A stretch of DNA of 64,000 nucleotides from Malacoraja senta (lineage: Eukaryota): positions 1 through 64,000 of the forward strand of contig JAXLNO010000349.1 of assembly GCA_038087875.1 (NCBI GenBank), given 5' to 3'. The notes beneath the pieces are model-generated. The model ran no database searches and had not been told where the DNA came from. It was given only the letters and a program-made list of their open reading frames with translations. The position numbers were made by a program, and so were the translations under genes. This document shows positions 11,141-23,506 of the stretch, in pieces (position 1 is the stretch's first letter; each line of letters starts with the position of its first letter).

Positions 11141-12116
11141 TGTTCAAGTTCGTTCAATTGAGTTTATTGTCATGTGTTCCTGATTGTACAATGAAATTCT
11201 TGCTTTGCTTCAGCACAACAGAACATAGTAGGCATTGACTACAAAACAGATCAGTGTGTCCATATACAATTATATAAATTTATACACACATGAATAAATA
11301 AACTGATAAAGTGCAAATAACATATAATGGGCTATTAATGTTCAGAGTTTTGTCTGAGCCAAGTTTAATAGCCTGATGGCTGTTGGGAAGTAGCTAATCC
11401 TGAACCTGGTCGTTGCAGTCTTCAGGCTCCTGTACCTTCTACCTGAAGGCAGCAGGGAGATGAGTGTGTGGCCAGGATGGTGTGGGTCCTTGATGATAGT
11501 GCCAGCCTTTTTGAGGCAGCAACTGCGATAGATCCCCTCGATGGAAGGGAGGTCAGAGCCGATGATGGACTGGGCAGTGTTTACTACTTTTTGTAATCTT
11601 TTTGCTGGTGTTGAGGGCCAAGTTATTGTGCTGGCACCATATGGACAGTTGCTCGACTTCTCTTCTATACTCTGACTCATCCCCATCAGTGATACGTCCC
11701 ACAACAGTGGTGTTGTCAGCAAACTTGATGATGGAATTCGCACTATATCCAGCTATGCAGTCATGAGTATAGATTGAGTACAGCAGGGGGCTGAGCACGC
11801 AGTCTTAAGGTGCAACCGTGCAGTGTTATCGAGTCTTGACACATTTCCACCAATACGGACAGACTGGTCTGAGAATGAGGAAGTCGAGGATCCAATTGCA
11901 GAGACTCAGTTCTGCGAGTTTGGTAACCAGCTTGGAGGGGATGATTGTATTAAATGCCGAGGTATGATCAATGAATAACAGCCTGACATATGAGTTTTTG
12001 TTGTCCAAGTTTCCCAGAGAAGAGTGGAGGGCCAGCGAGATCGCATCCACCGTTGATCTGTTGTGGCGGTAAGCGAACTGCAGTGGGTCCAGGTTTTTGT
12101 CGAGGTAGGAGTTGAA
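11141..12116 (-). mobile_element. Rex1/Babar-type LINE RT 3' part, degenerate
   Basis: [48 protein letters not shown] motifs across broken frames. Confidence 0.8.
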
Positions 12117-12240
12117 AATGTGTTGGCTCCTTGCAATGTGTTTGCCAAATTGTCTTGACTTTTAAAGACTCTTCAGAAAATGTGTTGGCTCCTTGCAAAG
12201 TGTTTGCCAAATTGTCTTGACTTTTAAAGACTCTTCAGAA

Positions 12241-12470
12241 AATGCCACCCAGCTTTGTGTCATCCGCAAACTTGCTAGTGTTGCTCCTAATTCCCTCTTC
12301 CAAATCATTAATATATATGGTAAACAGTTGCGGCCCCAACACCGAGCCTTGCGGCACTCCACTCGCCGCTGCCTGCCATTCTGAAAAGGACCCGTTCACT
12401 CCTACTCTTTGCTTCCGGTCTGCCAACCAATTTTCTATCCATGTCAACACCCTACCCCCAATACCGTGTG
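12241..12470 (-). mobile_element. CR1 RT fragment (preceded by a 61-bp tandem duplication at 12117-12240)
   Basis: [21 protein letters not shown]...[11 protein letters not shown]. Confidence 0.85.
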
Positions 12471-12472
12471 CT

Positions 12473-12832
12473 CAAGATGGACCACTCCTGAGAAAAACAA
12501 TCGGCAATGTACGCAACCCGACTTGTCTTTCTTCAGGTTCCCCATTAAGGAGGAAAGGTAAGAAAACATTTATTACTTCTGTGGCATATTGAAATTTTTA
12601 TTTAGCCTGTTCAATCTCTCACTGTAGTTAGATCATTGATCTCAGATAGTCGAGTCCTCATGGCAACATCCTTTTAAAAATCTTCTCCTAAAGAGCATTT
12701 TCTTTATACCTCTCTGTTATTTAATGCAGAATAAGAACATATTGACTGCATGATATTTTCTTTAATTTCAGATGTCGACAGTGGACATGATCTACACCGA
12801 ACTGCGGAGTATTTGTCAAATAACTGCCGTCT
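12473..12832 (+). pseudogene. Second, internally deleted THAP/P-element copy (exon 1 and exon 2 remnants)
   Basis: caagatggaccactcct (inner terminal motif), then NNRQCTQPDLSFFRFPIKEE|gtaaga and tttcag|(R)CRQW...HRTAEYLSNNCRL; same intron position as the 6597 gene. Confidence 0.75.
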
Positions 12833-13479
12833 TATGTACATTGTGTGAAATTGTGATTTGTTAACTGCACAAAACAATGCAAATGGCGATTATTAGTAAG
12901 ATTAAACGAGAACTTACCTAAGTTTGAAGTTTGATCTTTATTTTATGAGGAGTTACGTAGGTGATTACGTGAAGAACCCCGCCAGTGCGCCTGCGCGTCA
13001 ATCTTCAAAGCAGCGGTGTGAAATCACAAAAAACAACAACCGAAGTAATATAGTCTCATAATAAAACGAGTAATACAAGAACTTCCATCTGACCTTTATG
13101 ATAGAGGGTAGGGTCGTGGAGGGCACGTAATCACCTACGTAACTCCTCATAAAATAAAGATCAAACTTCAAACTTAGGTAAGTTCTCGTTTAATCTTACT
13201 ATTTTACTTTGGAGTCACGTGAGTGACTACGTGAAGATTTTAAAGCTTTGTGATTTCATGCCGTGGATCAATCCCGGCTTCTCACTGCATAGATTGACTC
13301 GGAACGAGAATAATCAATCATGCATTCATAATAACATTTGTACCACAAATGCAGTAATTCATTTCAATAATGAAATGAATCAGATCCCCTTTAAACCAGA
13401 GGAATTTACACAGAACTTAAAATAGTTTCTGCAAACAACCCCGCATTAACAATAGGCCGATGGTAAAAATATTGAAACA

Positions 13480-14340
13480 TCAACTCATTGGACCACCCGG
13501 CGGCTGCGAGGATATGGTCAACGGGCCCTCTTTTGCCCTGGCCGCCGACGTTTCTGCTGCCCTAGTCGAGTGAGACCTAAAAACATAAGTGTTAATACCA
13601 GCAGCTGTTAAGACTTCTTTTATCCATCTGGAAATAGTCTGTATTGAAACTCTCTTGTGTGGTTTCTTGTGTGTGATCAACAACCCAGTTTCCGTATTCT
13701 CAAATTCTTTGTGACCTCAATGTATTGTAATAAATATGTCTTAATACAGAGACATGGATCATTTGGATATGCTGCTAGCATAATTTTAAATCCTGTCACA
13801 CCTGGCCTAATTTACTTTAGTAGGTGATAGATATAGAATGTAACCTTGTCTTCAGTTACTTCCATACTGTCTATTTGTAATTTTCCAAGTGTTTGCACTC
13901 GTTGTGCTGTCACTCATGCCATAAGCATGAATACTTTCATACTGAGCTTGACCAAAGGTAAAGACACACTTGATGACCATTCACGAAGTAGTTTCAGTAC
14001 CACACTTACATCCCAGATTATCACGTACCTAGGTTTCGGTGGTTTGGAATTAAAGATTCCTTTCATTAGTCTGGAAACAATTGGGTGTGACCCAATTGAG
14101 TTTCTTTCTGAATCCAGAACCAAATATGAGGACAATGCACTTCTGGCTGAATTAATTGCACTACAACTCAGACCTTCATCATCATAAAGTTTTGACAGAA
14201 ATTCTAAACATTTGAAATATCTGCAGTACTATATTGCACATTCTTTTGTAACCAGAACTCTTCCCATTTCTTAATATAAGAAAGGAACTGTTTTTGAGTG
14301 CTCTTCCTCCCGGCTGCCGTAAGCATGTCCACAGTATGCT
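13480..14340 (-). pseudogene. DIRS tyrosine recombinase remnant
   Basis: GSHPIVSRLMKGIFNSKPPKPRY..WDVSVVL; TISRWIKEVL..AGI....FRSHSTRAA. Confidence 0.85.
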
Positions 14341-14418
14341 CAGACAGTCCTCGTCCCAGAAAAGGCATTCTTAAAACCTGCAAATCAACAAATCCAAACG
14401 ATTATATAATGGATGTTG

Positions 14419-14766
14419 TTACCCTGTTACAGGGTGCAGCAATAAATTACTCCTTTTTGGGACTTTCATCAACATTTGTGTTGTTAATTCTAATATCAAC
14501 AGATACCATGGCTGTATAGGCCAATCTGGTACTACCAATACCCTTGAAGCAGCATCTTGCCTGATTTTAAGCAAACATTGGCTTATGAGGCAGAAAGGTG
14601 GAAATATATATGAAAACATACCACCCCAATGTAGCGAGAAAGCATCAATCGCCACTACTCCTGGATCTGGTTTCCATGAGACATATCTCGATAGCTGATG
14701 ATTTAAGTCGATGTCGGTCATTCCAAATCTGATTACTATATCATTGAATACCTCTTGATTCAACAT
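14419..14766 (-). pseudogene. DIRS N6-adenine methyltransferase-like domain remnant
   Basis: IDAFSLHWGGMFSYIFPPFCLI...VVPDWPIQPWY. Confidence 0.75.
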
Positions 14767-14779
14767 ACATTCTTTATTA

Positions 14780-16130
14780 TCATGGAACTTTTCGTGACCT
14801 GGTGTCTGCTATCGTGTTCATTCTACCTGGTAGATAGATAGCTGAAATCCAAATGTTCTTTTCAATACACCAAGACCCAAGTTGATCTAACCATTTTGTC
14901 ACATGACCCCAACTTAATTCCACCCATATCATTAATATAGGCAACTACTGTTGTGTTTATTAATTTGAACTTGAACCTTCCTTTTAGTTGTGTTAGAACC
15001 ATAAGCTTGGAGTCCATAGAAACCTCCTAAAAGCTCCAAATAGGTAATTCCCCATGTCTGCAGTAACACTAACTTTTCCTGATTCCATCTGCCTCCGCAG
15101 CTCCATGTTAAGTCAGTTGCACCTCATCCTAGTGCACTGGCATCAGTTTGTAATATCATGGAAGGTTGTTCAATCAGCACTTTGCCTGAACTGCTTGAGA
15201 CATGTAGAATCCACCACTACAGCTCAGAAACAGCATTTGTTGTTACTTGCATGGTTCTATCAAAATGACCAGCATTTACTCTCAGTGCCTGTTCTTTAAT
15301 TCTCTGCAGCTGTTGATAATGTAATGGTCCATACTGGACTGCTGGGAATCTACTAATTTTCCCAGTACTCGAGCCACCTGTCTGATTAGAGGTTTTTGCT
15401 CGTTTAACAGATTACTGCAATCTTTAATCAACTCCACCCTTTTTTCACTGGGCAAAGTAATTTGCATTTGGGCTAAATCAATTGTGAACCCCAAATAATT
15501 AATCGAGGTACATGTTTTTAACCTTGATTTCTTTGGATGAATTTAGAAACCCCCAAACTTTCAAAAGTTTGATTTTATTACTGCAACAGATGCTTCTGTT
15601 GACTGTTTTGTCCTTCCTATAATCAGGACATCATCCAGGTATGCCATTAGTACATGCCCCTGGCTCTCAGCAACCCCAGAATTGATTTTTATGAATATTC
15701 TGGGAGGGAACGTTAACCCTTTAGGCAGAGCTTTGAACTGCCCTAAGTGGTTCATCCATGTAAATTTAAAATACTTCATATCTTGCAAGTGAACAGACAC
15801 TGAACAAAAGGATTCAGACTTGTCAAGTCTATAATAATCCTACATCCTCCATCCTTTATTGATCGAGGGAATATATTTGACCCAAATTGGTGAATTTTGT
15901 AGACTGATTCTTTAATAACACCTTTTATATATAGGGTTTTGAAGCGCAACTTGAACCTCCATTACTTCGCAAAGTGGAGAGTTCTGCTAGGAACATGCTG
16001 GACAGGCAAATCAAAATTTGGATTGAATTCAATTCGAAATCCTTGTATATTATTCAGAATTACCACATCTGAAGTAATCTTCTTCCAATGTTTATAGAAG
16101 AGACGTAATCTGCCTCCAACTTTTGGACTT
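14780..16130 (-). pseudogene. DIRS RT/RNase H remnant
   Basis: VGGRLRLF..HW..IT, QFKALPKGL..PRIF, YLDDVLI, GFTID...ITLP.EK; multiple stops and frameshifts. Confidence 0.85.
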
Positions 16131-17915
16131 AATCCAGTTAGTATGTTCCCCTGAGAACCAGGTCCACCTACCTCTTGAGTCATTTGAGTATTCTGAGATC
16201 CCTGGATTCTCCCGGAAGCACCACCACTGGTCCTTACTCCCGCTGCAGGCCGCCAGCTACGTCCCTGCGTTGATGAGCGACTTGGTCCTGGTCTAGGATC
16301 CGTATGACGTCTGAAAGGATACTTCCTCTTTACAGACTTTGCAACCATTGATGTATTTATCAATCCTGTTTTCGCTTCATCTTCCAACTCTTTAATACGT
16401 CTCCCGAGATCCTCTCCAAAGAGTAAGTTGGGTAATTGTATATTACTTGGTTTGCAGAGTGCTGCGAATTTCGGATTCATAGTAGGCCGTATAGCACTTT
16501 CCTCAGATAATTGATCTCGAAGTGGGTGCTGCATAGCAACCCCAGTGCTTGCTGATGCAACTTCGTCATCTTTTGGTTGTTACCTGCTATTCTGGTAAAA
16601 GCAGTTATTCCAGAACCCAGCAGCTTTAATATTCTCTGCAACTGATTCCAGATAATTTGGTTCACTGCTGCTGCTTTTAGCAACCCACAGTTACTTGGGG
16701 TCTCCTGCCTTCTTGCCGTCTCATCCATCTCCTGCTGTTCCAGCTAATGGTAAACCAAGTAATTTATTAAGGAGGCCAGTTCTTCTCCTAATGGCTCTCC
16801 TGACCCTGACGGGGCAGCGAATCCTACTGCCAGGGGTGGAACATCTGGCAGCTGCCGTTCATCGCCTTGTACAGCCTCACCGTCAGAGTCGGGGTCTGAA
16901 ATCTCATGACCCGTAGCACGCTCCTCATTCCTGAGGGTGCATTCCATCAGCCCTGAGCCAGGTGCTGTTAAGCTGCTCCTGCAGCTTGGATTACAGTACA
17001 CTCCTTCCTGAGTGAACTTTGCTCCAACAGCCTATGAAAAAGGCTTTCTATTTGGGCAATACGCTCGAAAGCAGTATCTAGCCCTGTACCAGAAGCTGTT
17101 TGAGCTGTTTCCAGCAGCTTGGCTTTCAGTACACTCCTCCCTGAGTGAACTTGCTCCAACAGCCTGTGTAAAAGGCTTTCTATTTGGGCAATACGCTTGA
17201 AAGCAGTATCTAGCCCTGGAGCTACTTCCATTGCCTGGGACTCCCTCCGTGGGCCGTTGGGATTTAAACTTCGTCTTTTGCCCGACAGGCGCTGACTGTG
17301 TTTTCACCAGCCCCAGGTCCACAGTCGCTATGCTCACCGCTGGCGACTGTACTGGGGTTTAGAGGCGGTTGGTCTCTAACCGCGGACTCCCGACTTTCCC
17401 GACTTTCTGTCGGCTGTGTCGCTCGCCTCTTCCCCCTGTCCGTTTTTTCCATGGCGTCTGTGGAAAAAATCCCCATAGACCCACAGTAAACGGACCTGGA
17501 AAACATGAAAAAAGTTTTTACTTACCTTGTAGTTGAAAAACTACAAACCACTGGAGGAGCTCTGCTCCTCACGTCCGTTTGCATCAAGGCGTCTGACGTA
17601 ATGACGCGCAGGCGCACTGGCGGGGTTCTTCACGTAGTCACTCACGTGACTCCGAAGTAAAATTATTATTGTATCTTCGTTGGACGTTTTGGTCTTTGGT
17701 GTAAGCACGGGTGGGGCTATCATTGTGTTACATACGTTGAATTGTACATCACTTTCACTGGTTAGTTGATATGCTTAACACTGCAACCCTGTATATCTCG
17801 CGCACAGAATAATGTTAATTATGTAAATCTTACCATGCATGTCAGAAATAAAGTGAGAAGTATGTTAATGGATCTCTATTATGAATTATTTAAAATTGAG
17901 TGGGTTGGTGCAATA

Positions 17916-18283
17916 TCGGTTCCAGCCGTCAGTGACTGCACTGCCAGGCCAATAATCCATTCAGTCCACCCTCTCCCCCTTCTCTCACAGAGTCTGTCAC
18001 CTGTTTTGGGCAGAATTTCTGGCAGTTTCTCAGCTGCCAGCCTGCCAGGTCTGAGTGACTGTACTGCCAGGCCTCAGTGACTGAGCTGCCAGCCCAAGAA
18101 TCCATTCGACCCACAGTCCATACTAGCCCTCTGGAAAGAAGTCCCTTCGGCGCACAACACCCATACTAGCGCAACAGAACCCCCCCCCCCCACTGGCCAG
18201 CAATATTGGAATTGGTGGAGAGGTGGAATATTGCATTGGGTGACCAGCCCTCCCGTGTGATGCTGGGACCCAACTTAGTCTAG
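17916..18283 (+). mobile_element. candidate non-autonomous Helitron
   Basis: A|TC start and CTAG|T end, no TSD; the subterminal hairpin appears half-deleted (gggacccaac). Confidence 0.35.
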
Positions 18284-18559
18284 TTATTGTATATAAGTTG
18301 GAAATGTTGTCCTTTGTTTGAAATATGTTGAATTTGACATCAATTTTATTGATTAGCTGATATGCAAAACACTGCAACCCTGTATATGTGGCGCACAAAA
18401 TGATGTAAATAAAAAGTGTTTTCCTTGTTTATGAAGTTCAATTTAGAATTATTTGAAATTGTGGGGGTTGGTGCAAAATACTGCTGACCCACAAATGTAT
18501 CGTTATGAGACATTCAAGTTTTTAAAATCCATGTCTCGAAAAAAGCAAGAAGGTCCCCA

Positions 18560-19070
18560 TATCGGGGCGGCCCGGCCGGAGGGAGAAGCGACGCCCAAGT
18601 CGGGGCGGCCCGGTCGGGGGGAGAAGCGACGCCCAAGTCGGGGCAGCCCGGCCAGAGGGAGAAGCGACGCCCAGGTCGGGGCGGCCCGGCCCGGGGACGA
18701 GGGTGGCTGGGACGGTGTTCTGGCAGTGGTGGCCCGAGTCCGGGGTTCGACCGCGGGCCAGCGGCTACGTCTGCAGGACTGGTGGGCGGCAGCTTCGACC
18801 ACCCCGGTGTTTGAGCCGCGGGACTGTTATGACATCGCCCGGGGGGTATCGCCTCAGCGCAGAGGGAGAAGAGGAGGGAAGAGACTGCAGACCTAAGACT
18901 TTTGCCTCCATCACAGTGAGGAGATGCTGGGTGGACTCACTATGGTGGATGTTAATATGTGTTTATTGTTGTTTTTATTGTATTATATGTATGACTGCTG
19001 CAATTTCGTCCAGACTTCGGTCTGAATGACAATAAAGGCATATCTATCTATCTATCTATATCTATCTATA
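18560..19070 (+). mobile_element. GC-rich non-autonomous retroposon with 39-bp tandem units, stem-loop tail and (ATCT)n
   Basis: Tail cagacttcggtctgaatgacaataaag + (tatc)n; the same tail occurs reversed at 42490-42530. Confidence 0.55.
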
Positions 19071-19885
19071 TTATTTGACCAACTTATCGACTGAATTTAA
19101 ATATGTAAGGATTTATGCACTACATTGTGTTACGCTAATATAGAATGAAAGAATGGAAAAATATTTCGACATTGTGTTCATGTCATGGATATTCTATTCA
19201 CAATATTAGGATTTCATATATATTTTATATATATGTGTGTGTGTATATATATGTGTATACATACTAATATGTATGTGTATATATATGTATATACACACTT
19301 ATTGTAATATATATTGTGATATATATATATATAGTGATATATATGTGTGTGTATATATATATTTATATATATATATATATATTTAGTGATACACACACAC
19401 AAATATATATATACATACACACAGAGATTGAAGGAAAAAGGTTGCTAAACAAATTAGAGGAAATCTGAAGAAAGAAATTAGAGAAATATGTCATCAAGTC
19501 ACTTTTATTTATATAACACATTTAAAAAAACAAGCGACCACGTTTGTTCGCGCTGGACGCATGCAATTGCATGCTGGTGGGACAGACCCTTAACTTGCCT
19601 CTCACACACAAACACACATTCATATAAATATATATATAAGTTACATTTAATTTTGTGCACAGTGTGTGTTAAAGCAATACAAGGGAAGCTGCACAATACA
19701 ATGCAAGGGAAACTACGCAAAGGTGGCGGCTAGGGAGGAAAGATGGGACGGAAATGGGGGAATGGGGAAAACATTTACAATAAAATGAACTAAAATATGT
19801 GAGGTGATAGATGCGCTACATCAAACACTGTTCCCTACAACACTAATTACACTGGTTACACCAAGGATGATAGAGCGGATTACAC

Positions 19886-19926
19886 AAAAGATACTAGAGG
19901 CGCTCCGCTCCGCTATATAATCTTTG
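19886..19926. mobile_element. P-element end-to-end remnant (putative footprint) 3
   Basis: aaaagatactagaggcgctccgctccgctatataatctttg contains both end types; TSD only 5/8 (gattacac/gatcaaag). Confidence 0.55.
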
Positions 19927-20029
19927 GATCAAAGCAGCGGGAGGCAAACCGGAAGTCGCATTTTGCATTAGAAAATGGCGGCCGTGACGTTCCATTGCGT
20001 ACTACACGTCAGTCCATTGGATTTCGGAG

Positions 20030-20061
20030 GAGTGGTCTATCTTGCTCCTCTAGTATCTTTG
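20030..20061 (-). mobile_element. Right terminal inverted repeat of the P-element family
   Basis: Reverse complement caaagatactagaggagcaagatagaccactc matches 6494-6527 imperfectly and 12473-12489 closely. Confidence 0.75.
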
Positions 20062-20548
20062 GGGACAACAAGGGGTTAAGAGGCTCCTGTACCCGATTGG
20101 CTGAGCTGTGTCAGGTGACGGTGACTCATCCCCAGTATAAATAGAAGAGTTCCCAGAATCCTCTCTTTTTCGACGACGACCCTGCCTCGTGAGGTTGTGC
20201 TGGTGTGAGCTGTGAATGCCTGGGCCACATGGCACTGAACTTCGTGTAATTTCAACATTACGTAGTACCAAATATTGAATTAGGCTGTCCTTAGACGTTA
20301 TCGGTCTTTTGTTTCAGGGATAGCTTTCTTTTAGGCAGGTTTAGAGCCTCGGGTTCGACGGTCCATCGCGTGGCTGGCCTGAGCAATTTTAAGTTGTTTG
20401 TTAATTCATTCATATCCTTGTCTGGGTTGTTTAAATCAGGTTGGAGTTTTGGTGTGTTATTAAATAATTAAACTATTTTTGAACTTAAACCTGGCTTTTG
20501 AACTGTGTTACGCGGCTCTGGATTGCCTGCTTTCGGGGAGTCGTAACA
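20062..20548 (+). mobile_element. LTR 3' portion (Gypsy-like)
   Basis: ATTGG, TGACTCA (20122), TATAAATA (20136), ATTAAA and a terminal cgtaACA, in LTR order. Confidence 0.5.
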
Positions 20549-20644
20549 CTCAACCAGAGGCAGAAAGTTTGTGCGGAACATATCAGATAAGGGTATTGTG
20601 ATAAAAACGCCGAGATAGCGAAACCCATCCTCTGCCCATTTGAA

Positions 20645-22980
20645 TGAGGTTAACTGATGTCAGGCTAACTGGTCTATAATTCCCTGTTTTCTCCCTCCCG
20701 CCTTTCTTAAAAAGTGGCATAACATTAGCTACCCTCCAATCCACAGGAACTGATCCTGAGTCTATAGAACATTGGAAAATTATCACCAATGCATCCACGA
20801 TTTCTCGAGTCACTTCCTTAAGTACCCTGGTATGCAGACCATCAGGCCATGGGGATTTATCAGCCTTCAATCCCATCAGTCTACCCAACATCATTACCGG
20901 CCTAATGTGGATTTCCTTCATAGAAACATAGAAAATAGATGCAGGAGGAGGCCATTCGGCCCTTCGAGCCAGCACCGCCATTCATTGTGATCATGACTGA
21001 TTGTCCCCTATCAATAACCCATGCCTGCCTTCTCCCCATATCCCTTGAATCCACTAGCCCCTAGAGCTCTATCTAACTCTCTCTTAAATCCATCCAGTGA
21101 CTTGGCCTCCACTGCCCTCTGTGGCAGGGAATTACATAAATTCACAACTCTCTGGGTGAAAACGTTTTTTCTCACCTCAGTCTTAAATGACCTCCCCTTT
21201 ATTCTAAGACTGTGGCCCCTGGTTCTGGACTCGCCCAACATTGGGAACATTTTTTCTGCATCTAACTTGTCCAGTCCTTTTATAATTTTATATGTTTCTA
21301 TAAGATCCCCCCTCATCCTTCTAAACTCCAGTGAATACAATCCAAGTCTTTTCAATCTTTCCTCATATGACAGTCCTGCCATCCCAGGGATCAATCTCGT
21401 GAACCTACGCTGCACTGCTTCAATCACTATGATGTCCTTCCTCAAATTAGGAGACCAAAACTGTACACAATACTCCAGATGTGGTCTCACCAGAGCCCTA
21501 TACAACTGCAGAAGAACCTCTTTACTCCTATACTGACATCCTCTTGTTAAGAAGGCCAACATTCCATTATCTTTCTTCACAGCCTGCTGGACCTGTAAGC
21601 CAACTTTCAGTACAAGGACACCCAGGTCTCGCTGCACCTCCCCCTTACCTAACCTAACCCCATTGAGATAATAATCTGCCCCCTTGTTTTTGCCGCCAAA
21701 GTGGATAACCTCACATTTATCTATATTATACTGCATCTGCCACGCATCTGCCCACTCACTCAACCTGTCCAGGTCACCCTGCAACCTCCTAACATCCTCT
21801 TCACAGCTCACACTGCCACTTCCGTTCCTCTGTCACCCCAGATCCTCTGGCCACTACTATATCAGGAAGATTGTTTGTGTCCTCCTTAGTGAAGACGGAT
21901 CCAAAGTACCTGTTCAACTCATCTGCCATTTCCTTGTTCCCCATAATAAATTCACCTTTTTCGGTCTTCAAGGGTCCAACTTTGGTCTTAACTAATTTTA
22001 TCCTCTTTACATACTTAAAGAAACTTTTTCTATCCTGCTTTATATTCTTGGCTAGCTTACCTTTGTACCTCATCTTTTCTCCCCGTATTGTCTTTTGTTA
22101 TCTTCTGTTGATCTTTAAACATTACCCAATCATCTTGCTTGCCGCTCATCTTTGCTACGTTGTACTTCTTCTCTTTTATTTTTATACTGTCCCTGATGTC
22201 CCTTGTCAGCCACGGTCGCCCCTTCCTCCCCTTGGAATCTTTCTTCCTCCTAGGAATGAACTGATCCTGCACCTTCTGTATTATTCCTAGAAATACCTGC
22301 CATTTGTGTTCCACTGTCATCCCTGTTAATGTATCTTCCCAGTCAACTTTGGCCAGCTCCTCCCTCATGGCTCCCTAGTCCCCTTTATTCCACTGTAACA
22401 CCGACACCTCCGATCTACCCTTCTCCCTCTCCAACTGTAGATTAAACCTGACCATATTATGGTCACTACCTCCTAATGGCTCATTAACCTCAAGTTCCTT
22501 TATCAGATCAGGTTCATTACATAACACTAAATCCAGAATTATCTTCTCCCTGGTAGGCTCCAATACAAGCTGCTCTAAGAATCCATCACAAAGGCACTCT
22601 ACAAAGTCCCTTTCTTGGGGTCCAGTACCAACCTGATTTTCCCAGTCTACTTGCATGTTGAAATCTCCCATAACAACCACAGCATTACCTTTGCTACATG
22701 ACAATTTTAACTCCTGATTCAACGTGCACCCTATGTCCAGGCTACTGTTTGGGGGCCTGTAGATAAGTCCCACTAGGGTCTTTTTACCCTTACACTTCCT
22801 TAGTTCTATTCATACTGACTCCACATCTCCTGTTTCAATGTCACCCCTTGCAAGGGACTGAATTTCATTCCTCACCAACAGAGCTACCCCACCCCTTCTG
22901 CCCACCTGTCTGTCTTTTCGATAGGAGATATACCCTTGAATATTCAGTTCCCAGCCCTGGCCCTCTTGCAGCCATGTCTC
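20645..22980 (-). mobile_element. CR1 LINE pieces: RT fragment (20645-20915) and an internally deleted ORF2 (APE endonuclease to 3' tail, 20915-22980)
   Basis: IYRPP, GDFN, ILDLV, GGSDH (APE); KSP.PDG, PLFKKG..GNYRPVSLTS; LVRPHLEYCVQFWSP. Confidence 0.9.
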
Positions 22981-22987
22981 TGTTTCT

Positions 22988-23083
22988 GTGTAGGATAGTG
23001 TTAGTGTGTGGTGATCGCTGGTCGGCGTGGACTCGGTGGGCTGAAGGGACTGTTTCCACGCTGTATCTCTAAACTAAACTAAA
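22988..23083 (+). mobile_element. HE1-type SINE 3' fragment
   Basis: gatcgctggtcggc..ggactcggtggg..gaaggg..tgtttcc..ctgtatctc(taaac)n. Confidence 0.75.
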
Positions 23084-23506
23084 AAGGAGTCCCATCCCGC
23101 GTAGGCAGAACCTTCCCATTGAAACACTTACTAGTTACTTGAATCCCAGTAGATTACGACACCACGTATCTGATCTCCTTTGATTCGTTGTTGGCAGGTC
23201 ACAACATCAAAATCAACGTGTAAAGCAAAGAACCGCAGATGCTGAAAATCTGAAATAAAAATGGAAGAAAATTTAAAAAAACATTCAGCAGGTTAGACAG
23301 CATTTGTGGAGAAAGAAACGGTTCAGTTTCAGATCAGAGATCCTTCACCAGAGTAGGAAACAGCAACAAAAACAAGTTGTTTTTCACTTGTAGATAGAGG
23401 GGTTGTGGTGGATTGGTGGAACAAAGGGGATAATATCTCTGATGGGGCAAGAACAGATGAGGAAACGAAGTATTTGGAGTCAGCATTTAGAATAAGATGA
23501 TGGGAC

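Larger units (their letters stand above)
12895..17663 (-). mobile_element. DIRS1-type tyrosine-recombinase retrotransposon, full length, ORFs decayed
   Basis: ITRs 12966-13000 / 17602-17636; internal complementary region 13124-13237 joining both termini; gag-like, RT (MAYLDDVLI), RNase H remnants, MT-like (IDAFSLHW...YIFPPF) and YR (RSHSTRAA) remnants; ATT-rich flanks. Confidence 0.92.
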
